This document shows, piece by piece, positions 55,514 to 64,000 of a stretch of DNA of 64,000 nucleotides. A model generated the notes under the pieces. It did not search any database, was not told the origin of the DNA, and worked only from the letters and a program-made list of their open reading frames with translations. Every line of letters starts with the position of its first letter. The first letter of the stretch is position 1. The position numbers were made by a program, and so were the translations under genes. Source of the DNA: an uncultured Verrucomicrobia subdivision 3 bacterium (GTDB lineage: Bacteria > Verrucomicrobiota > Verrucomicrobiia > Limisphaerales > UBA11358); assembly GCA_903870815.1 (NCBI GenBank), contig CAIQEI010000134.1:51-64050 (forward strand), in the 5' to 3' direction.

Positions 55514-58171
55514 CTATTTTTCCGGACCGTTTTCAACGGCGGAATCTTCCTTATCCTCACCGATCACCGACGCGATGGCCTGAAGCTTGTCGCCGGCATC
55601 AAGGTTGACGAGTTTGACGCCCTGCGTGTTGCGACCCGCCTCACGAATGCCCTGCACGGGAATCCGCACCATCTGACCACCGGTGGTGATGAGCATGATC
55701 TCGTCGGTGTCCCGCACGGTGAGCGAGCCGACCACACCGCCGGTCTTGTCGCCGGTTTTCATCGTGATGATGCCCTTGCCGCCGCGCGACTGGGCGCGGT
55801 ATTCGTCAAAGCCCGTGCGCTTGCCGATACCATTCTCGCCGGCAACCAGGAGCGCAGCGTCGGGGACGACGATGGCGGCCGCGACCACCGCGTCGCCTTT
55901 TTCCAAACTGATGCCCCGGACACCACCGGCGGCGCGACCCATCGAGCGAACGTCGGCTTCGTGGAACCGAATGCTCATGCCCTCCTTCGTAATCAAGACG
56001 ACATCGTCGCCGAAATCGCCTTCGCCGACGCTGCCACGCGTCAATTTCACTTCAATCAGGGTGTCGCCAGGATCGATGCCGATGGCAATGATGCCGCCCT
56101 TGCGGACGTTGGAGAATTCATTCAGGGACGTTTTCTTCACCGTACCCTGCTGCGTGGCAAAAAACAATTCGCCGGACTGCTGCCAGGTAATATCCGCCTT
56201 GTTTTCGTCGGTTTTCGAGAGAATGCGGATCAGCGCAGCTACCTTCTCATCGGCTTTCAATTCCAAAAGGTTCGCTATGCTACGGCCTTTCGCGGCCCGG
56301 CCCATGTCCGGAATTTCATGCACCCGCTCGACATACACGCGGCCGGTGTTCGTGAAGAACATCAGGTAATCATGGGTGCTGGCGGTGAACAGGTGCTCAA
56401 CAAAATCATTGTCATCCGGCGTCTCGCCCTCCTTGGTCGTCATGCCAATCACGCCTTTGCCGCCGCGGCGCTGTGCCCGATATTGGCTGACGTTCGTACG
56501 CTTGATCAGGCCGTTGTGCGTGAGGGTGATGATAACCCCCTCATTAGCAATCAGGTCTTCGATGGCAATCTCGCCCTCGTCGGGCACAATTTCCGTTTTG
56601 CGCGGGGTGGCGTGTTTTTCTTTGATCGCCTTGAGTTCAGCCTTGATGATCGCCATCACGCGCGATTCCTTCGCCAGAATGTCGAGCAGGTCTTTGATGA
56701 CTTCGATCAGCGCCTTGTATTCCTTGTCCACCTTGTCGATTTCCAGGCCGGTCAGCTGATACAGGCGCAATTCCAGAATCGCGTCCACCTGCCGCTCGGT
56801 CAACGCGTAACGGCCGGCCTGCAAGCGCGCTTCGCTGCGGATCAAGATGCCCCACTGCTCCACCTGCGCGCGCGACCACTCGAACGCGAGGAGCTTCACA
56901 CGCGCTTCCTCGCGGTTCTTGCTGGAACGGATGATGTGGATGAATTCATCGAGATTCGAGAGCGCGACGATATAACCTTCGAGCAGCTCGGCGCGTTCCT
57001 CGGCCTTGCGCAGTTCAAAACGGGTGCGGCGCAATACCACTTCGCGGCGATGCTCAATGTAGCACTGGATGATTTCTTTCAGATTGAGCGTCTTCGGACG
57101 CCCGTGATCAATCGCCAGCGAGTTGACGCTGAAGGAAACTTCCAGTTGCGTGTGTTGAAACAGTTTGGCGATGACGACCTTGGGGTTGGCGTCACGCTTC
57201 AATTCAATCACGAGCCGGCAATGCTCGTCGGACTCGTTGCGCATCGCGGAGATTTCCGTGATGATTTTTTCATTCACGAGGTTCGCGATCTGTTCTTCAA
57301 GTCCGGCGCGGTTGACGTTGAACGGAATTTCCGTGATGACGAGCTGCTCGCGGTTGCCCTTCATCTCCTCCAAGCCAATGCGTCCGCGCAGCTTGAGGCT
57401 GCCTTTACCGGTGGTGAAATAATTTTTGATGCCCTCGATGCCGCAGAGAAATCCGCCGGTCGGAAAGTCCGCACCCTTGATGAATTTCATCAGCTCGGGA
57501 ATGGTGATCTCCGGCTTGTCAATCTGGGCGCAGATGCCGTCCACGACTTCACCCAGATTGTGCGGGGCCATGTTCGTCGCCATGCCGACGGCGATACCGG
57601 TGCCGCCATTGACGAGCAGGTTCGGAAAGGCGGCGGGGAAAACTTTCGGCTCGGTGAGACGCTCGTCGTAGTTGGGGACGAAATCCACCGTATCCTTGTC
57701 CATGTCCTGCATCAGGGCAGCGCCGAGATGCGTCAGCCGCGCCTCGGTATAACGCATCGCCGCCGGCGGATCGTTTTCGACCGAACCGAAGTTACCTTTG
57801 CCGTCCACGAGCTTCTCGCGCATCGCCCACGGCTGCGCCATGTGCACGAGCGTCGGATAGATCACCGCTTCGCCGTGCGGATGGTAGTTGCCGGAGGTAT
57901 CACCGCAGATCTTCGCGCATTTATAAGGCTTGCGTCCGGGGAACAGCGAAAGCTCGTGCATCGCATAGAGGATGCGCCGCTGCGATGGTTTCAAGCCGTC
58001 GCGCACGTCGGGCAGCGCGCGCGAAATGATCACGGACATCGAGTAGTCGAGGAACGAGTTCTTGATCTCGTCGGCGACGTTGATCTTGGAAATCTTCTCG
58101 CCCTGCGTGTAAGCGCCGCCACTTGGCTGCGGTTGCGGTGCGGGCGGTGTCGGTTCGGTTTCGTCTGGCAT
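55514..58171 (-). CDS. gyrA: DNA gyrase subunit A
   Basis: ISRALPDVRDGLKPSQRRILYAM, active-site AAMRYTE, C-terminal beta-pinwheel repeats. Confidence 0.95.
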   Translation of the reverse strand: MPDETEPTPPAPQPQPSGGAYTQGEKISKINVADEIKNSFLDYSMSVIISRALPDVRDGLKPSQRRILYAMHELSLFPGRKPYKCAKICGDTSGNYHPHGEAVIYPTLVHMAQPWAMREKLVDGKGNFGSVENDPPAAMRYTEARLTHLGAALMQDMDKDTVDFVPNYDERLTEPKVFPAAFPNLLVNGGTGIAVGMATNMAPHNLGEVVDGICAQIDKPEITIPELMKFIKGADFPTGGFLCGIEGIKNYFTTGKGSLKLRGRIGLEEMKGNREQLVITEIPFNVNRAGLEEQIANLVNEKIITEISAMRNESDEHCRLVIELKRDANPKVVIAKLFQHTQLEVSFSVNSLAIDHGRPKTLNLKEIIQCYIEHRREVVLRRTRFELRKAEERAELLEGYIVALSNLDEFIHIIRSSKNREEARVKLLAFEWSRAQVEQWGILIRSEARLQAGRYALTERQVDAILELRLYQLTGLEIDKVDKEYKALIEVIKDLLDILAKESRVMAIIKAELKAIKEKHATPRKTEIVPDEGEIAIEDLIANEGVIITLTHNGLIKRTNVSQYRAQRRGGKGVIGMTTKEGETPDDNDFVEHLFTASTHDYLMFFTNTGRVYVERVHEIPDMGRAAKGRSIANLLELKADEKVAALIRILSKTDENKADITWQQSGELFFATQQGTVKKTSLNEFSNVRKGGIIAIGIDPGDTLIEVKLTRGSVGEGDFGDDVVLITKEGMSIRFHEADVRSMGRAAGGVRGISLEKGDAVVAAAIVVPDAALLVAGENGIGKRTGFDEYRAQSRGGKGIITMKTGDKTGGVVGSLTVRDTDEIMLITTGGQMVRIPVQGIREAGRNTQGVKLVNLDAGDKLQAIASVIGEDKEDSAVENGPEK

Positions 58172-58203
58172 GATTGGTAAAATGATTCTATACGGTCTAA
58201 AAA

Positions 58204-58629
58204 TTAAGCCTCCGGGAAAATGCTGAATCCCATCAAATGCGCGGCATCACGCATTCTTCCGTCGGTTGTCGCCAGTGGAAAATCGTGGCACAAATCCGCC
58301 GTCGCCAGATGGATCGCGTCCAGCGGGCGCAACGGCACTTTGGGATGACAGCGTTCCAGCAGATGCGTGGCCTTGCGCAATACGATGGAATTCATTTTCT
58401 CGATGCGGATTTCTTTCGACTCGATCCGCGTCTCAAATTCCCGCCAAGCCCGCTGCCGGTCGACCGGCGAGATCTTCACGGCGCGCTCACGAGCGAGCAA
58501 CGCCGAGAAGACTTCGGTTTGCGCCAGTTCCGAGGTCACTAACGGCTTGCCCTCCAGCGAGCCGATGAAAAACTCACTATCGGGTTCAACGACCAGCAAT
58601 TTGACGATGATGCAGGAATCCAGATACAT
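58204..58629 (-). CDS. vapC: PIN-domain toxin (VapC family)
   Basis: 141 aa with acidic PIN residues in MYLDS, TSELAQTE, LDAIHLATA and TTDGRM. Confidence 0.8.
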   Translation of the reverse strand: MYLDSCIIVKLLVVEPDSEFFIGSLEGKPLVTSELAQTEVFSALLARERAVKISPVDRQRAWREFETRIESKEIRIEKMNSIVLRKATHLLERCHPKVPLRPLDAIHLATADLCHDFPLATTDGRMRDAAHLMGFSIFPEA

Positions 58630-58632
58630 AGC

Positions 58633-58995
58633 TTACCAACCCCGCTCATCGCGACCTTCGCGGATAATCTCCTCGGCCGTCGGACCGCCACGCCACGGCG
58701 GCATTTTCTTCAGGTGTTCCCGGGTACCATTGAACACCTTCTGCGAAGCTTTTTTTTCCACGGGCGACAAAACGGCCTTTGGCACACCATCCGAAGTGAT
58801 GGTGACTTCCTGACCAGCTGCCACCAACTCCAGAAGGGCCGAAAGCTTGGCTTTGGCCGCGCGCACGGGAATCGTCAGGCCAATTCCCGGCATAGTAACC
58901 GTTTCACGCATCACCATCGGCTCAGAAGATTCAGGCATCACCCCCAAAGCTGGGGTGCTTTTCTTATTTAGCGGCAATAAGGCTGTTGTTTTCAT
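58633..58995 (-). CDS. vapB: Antitoxin (Phd/YefM-like N-domain), partner of VapC
   Basis: AKAKLSALLELVAAGQEVTITSDGVPKAVLSP resembles the Phd/YefM fold. Its stop lies 3 nt from the vapC start. The start is 58995 or an internal Met (M20/M27/M29). Confidence 0.7.
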   Translation of the reverse strand: MKTTALLPLNKKSTPALGVMPESSEPMVMRETVTMPGIGLTIPVRAAKAKLSALLELVAAGQEVTITSDGVPKAVLSPVEKKASQKVFNGTREHLKKMPPWRGGPTAEEIIREGRDERGW

Positions 58996-59001
58996 CGACT
59001 A

Positions 59002-59030
59002 AATGTAGTCACATGTGACCACATTGTCAA
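59002..59030 (-). promoter_or_regulatory. vapBC promoter with palindromic operator in the spacer
   Basis: The gene strand reads TTGACA (59030-59025), a 17-nt spacer and TACATT (59007-59002). The spacer holds the perfect 12-bp palindrome GTCACATGTGAC (59008-59019). ATG 58995 lies 6 nt after the -10. Confidence 0.6.
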
Positions 59031-59036
59031 ATCTAT

Positions 59037-61565
<2,529 letters not shown>

Positions 61566-61791
61566 TTAAATCCGGATATAATTTGGTGCGCCAATGAACT
61601 CTAAAATACTATAAAAATCCGCCCGTTTCCACAATGCGAAATTGCGGATTTTTTGCCCGAAAAACACCATTAGTTGTGGCTGTTTTAGCTTGCCAACCAA
61701 ACATATGGTGTCCCCTCCTTCCCGACAAAAGGAAACATTCTGGCTGAAAATCCAACTCGCTTTTTCCGCGCGCGGACTTTATTTTCGCACG

Positions 61792-64000
61792 ATGTCTTTG
61801 AAGCAAAGTTTTCTCGATCATCCCGATCAGTTTAGCCGCCGCCACATCGGCCCAAATGCCGCCGAAACCGGAGCGATGCTTGCCCTGCTCGGCCTGACGA
61901 ATCTAGACGGACTCATTAACGCCGCGGTCCCAAAAAAAATCCGGCGCGGTCACGAACTGAATCTCCCCGCTGCGCGCAGTGAATTTGATGCACTCGCCGA
62001 ACTCAAACTTATCGCCGGTGAGAACAAAGTTTTTCGTTCGTTCATCGGGCAGGGTTACTACGACACCATCACGCCGCCGGTCATCCAGCGCAGCGTCCTC
62101 GAAAACCCGGGCTGGTACACGCAATACACCCCATATCAAGCCGAGATTTCACAGGGCCGCCTCGAAGCGCTGCTGAATTTCCAGACGCTGGTCACCGACC
62201 TCACCGGCCTCGACATCGCCAACGCCTCGATGCTCGACGAAGCTACCGCCGCCGCCGAGGCCATGACCATGTGCGCCCGGCTCAAGGAAGGTCGCAGCCG
62301 GTTCTTCGTTTCCGAAGCTTGCCATCCACAGACCCTCGAAGTCGTCCGCAGCCGCGCCGCCGCGCTCAAGATTGAGGTCGTAGTCGGCAACCACGAATCC
62401 TTTGCCTTCAACGAAAACGTTTTTGGCGCGCTCGTGCAATATCCCGATACGTATGGCGCGATCCACGACTATTCCAACTTTGCGGAAAAAGCCCATGCAG
62501 CTGGCGCGCTGCTCACCGTCGCCACGGATTTGCTGGCGCTCACGCTTATCCAGCCCCCCGGCGAATTCGGCGCGGACATCGCCGTGGGCAGCGCGCAGCG
62601 CTTCGGCGTGCCGCTCGGCTATGGCGGGCCGCACGCGGCATTCTTCGCGACGCGCGATGAATTCAAACGCCATATGCCCGGCCGCATCGTGGGCGTGTCC
62701 AAGGATTCGCGCGGCAAACCCGCGCTGCGCCTCGCGCTCGGCACGCGTGAGCAGCACATCCGCCGCGAAAAAGCCACGAGCAACATCTGCACGGCACAAG
62801 CGCTGCTGGCGAACATGGCGTCGCTTTACGCCGTCTACCACGGCCCGGAAGGGTTGAAGAAAATTGCGGAGCGCGTTCATGCGCTGACGCAAATCTTGGC
62901 GGCTGGGTTGGAGAAGATCGGCTTCGCCGCTGGGCAGGCGGGTAGCCTGCGCTACTTTGACACGCTTACCATCACCCTGAACGCCCAGCGCGCCGCGGCC
63001 ATCCGGATAATCGCCGCAGCGCATCGGATAAATTTTCGAGTGATAGATGATAAGACGGTTGGTATCTCGCTCGACGAAACCACCAACGCCAGCGACCTGG
63101 CCGAAATCTGGCAAGTTTTCAACGGCGACAAGGCGGTAAGTTTCACCGTAGCAGAATTCGCTGCGAATCGGCAATCGGGAATCGGCAATCGGCAAACTCT
63201 CTTTCTCCAGCATTCCGTTTTCAACCGCTACCACAGCGAGACGGAAATGCTGCGTTACATCAAGCGGCTCGAATCACGCGACCTTTCGCTCACGGCCTCG
63301 ATGATTCCGCTCGGCTCCTGCACGATGAAGCTGAACGCCGCTGCGGAAATGTTTCCCGTGTCATGGCCGGAGTTTGCAAAAATCCACCCGTTTGCGCCCC
63401 TGGCTCAGGCACGCGGCTACCAGATTCTATTCCAAAACCTGGAAGACTGGCTGGCGGAAATCACCGGCTTTGCCGGAATATCTTTGCAACCCAATGCCGG
63501 TTCGCAGGGCGAATATGCGGGCTTGCTCGTCATCCGCGCCTACCACGAATCCCGCGACAACGCACATCGCAACGTCTGCCTGATTCCCACATCCGCGCAC
63601 GGCACGAATCCGGCCAGCGCTGTCATGGCCGGCATGAAAGTTGTCGCGGTCGCGTGCGACACCAACGGCAACATTGACGTGGCCGATCTCCGCGCCAAAG
63701 CCGAAGCGCACCAGACCGACCTTTCTTGTTTGATGATCACTTACCCGTCCACGCACGGCGTGTTCGAGGACAGCATCCAGGATATTTGCGCCATCATCCA
63801 CGCCCACGGCGGGCAGGTTTACATGGACGGCGCGAACATGAATGCGCAAGTCGGCTTGACCAGCCCCGGCTTCATTGGCGCGGACGTCTGCCATTTGAAT
63901 CTGCACAAGACGTTCTGCATACCGCATGGCGGCGGCGGTCCCGGCGTCGGCCCGATTGGAGTGGCGAAACATCTCGTGCAATTTCTGCCGAGCCATCCGG
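61792..64000 (+). CDS. gcvP: Glycine dehydrogenase (decarboxylating), single-chain P protein; the 3' end lies outside the window
   Basis: My own translation from ATG 61792: [21 protein letters not shown]...[46 protein letters not shown]...[17 protein letters not shown]...[16 protein letters not shown]. The frame is open to base 64000, so it is absent from the supplied ORF track. Confidence 0.92.
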   Translation, partial: MSLKQSFLDHPDQFSRRHIGPNAAETGAMLALLGLTNLDGLINAAVPKKIRRGHELNLPAARSEFDALAELKLIAGENKVFRSFIGQGYYDTITPPVIQRSVLENPGWYTQYTPYQAEISQGRLEALLNFQTLVTDLTGLDIANASMLDEATAAAEAMTMCARLKEGRSRFFVSEACHPQTLEVVRSRAAALKIEVVVGNHESFAFNENVFGALVQYPDTYGAIHDYSNFAEKAHAAGALLTVATDLLALTLIQPPGEFGADIAVGSAQRFGVPLGYGGPHAAFFATRDEFKRHMPGRIVGVSKDSRGKPALRLALGTREQHIRREKATSNICTAQALLANMASLYAVYHGPEGLKKIAERVHALTQILAAGLEKIGFAAGQAGSLRYFDTLTITLNAQRAAAIRIIAAAHRINFRVIDDKTVGISLDETTNASDLAEIWQVFNGDKAVSFTVAEFAANRQSGIGNRQTLFLQHSVFNRYHSETEMLRYIKRLESRDLSLTASMIPLGSCTMKLNAAAEMFPVSWPEFAKIHPFAPLAQARGYQILFQNLEDWLAEITGFAGISLQPNAGSQGEYAGLLVIRAYHESRDNAHRNVCLIPTSAHGTNPASAVMAGMKVVAVACDTNGNIDVADLRAKAEAHQTDLSCLMITYPSTHGVFEDSIQDICAIIHAHGGQVYMDGANMNAQVGLTSPGFIGADVCHLNLHKTFCIPHGGGGPGVGPIGVAKHLVQFLPSHP
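63154..63195. repeat. Heptanucleotide-periodic tract inside gcvP
   Basis: GAATTCG CTGCGAA TCGGCAA TCGGGAA TCGGCAA TCGGCAA, encoding [14 protein letters not shown] just before the conserved [16 protein letters not shown] block. Confidence 0.75.

Overview
The window is high-GC (about 60%) bacterial chromosomal DNA. Gene content suggests the PVC superphylum, probably Verrucomicrobiota: standalone Planctomycete-cytochrome-c (PSCyt1) proteins, a BMC shell gene, DUF481/DUF362 proteins and long TPR lipoproteins. This placement is inferred from motifs I recognise; no database search was possible. I call about 53 protein genes and one tRNA.

Most genes are housekeeping:
- gyrB and gyrA, dnaG, cysS, tmk, cmk, plsC
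- aroE, tyrA, aroA, pdxH, gcvP
- lpdA plus an E2 acyltransferase, ugd, nnr, mutT, cbiX
- a PhoR/PhoB-like two-component pair, NfeD plus an SPFH protein, pilD, and a pilB-like ATPase

gcvP (61792 to the window end) is missing from the supplied ORF track because it has no stop codon inside the window. Many long ORFs in the track are antisense shadows of real genes.

Observations worth a second look:
1. An AT-rich accessory island at about 46.8-48.8 kb. It holds a 213-bp array of ten 20-22-bp dyad-symmetric units (iteron-, centromere- or operator-like). It also holds a cassette-like arrangement in which a ~177-bp module (promoter, hairpin, two conserved micro-ORFs) flanks two unrelated small membrane-protein ORFs.
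2. A family of heptanucleotide-periodic short tandem repeats. Two copies form long imperfect hairpins between cistrons. At least seven tracts sit in frame inside conserved genes (aroE, aroA, gcvP, and four in a 1449-aa debranching-enzyme gene).
3. A vapBC toxin-antitoxin module with its own palindromic operator/promoter, wedged between gyrB and gyrA.
4. Unusual architectures: a prepilin peptidase with a ~210-aa low-GC insert just before the GxGD active site, a DUF455 (ferritin-like) fusion to an ATP-grasp-like domain, and a eukaryote-like GH13 plus amylo-1,6-glucosidase fusion.

All functional calls rest on motif recognition, and the novelty claims need database and comparative checks.
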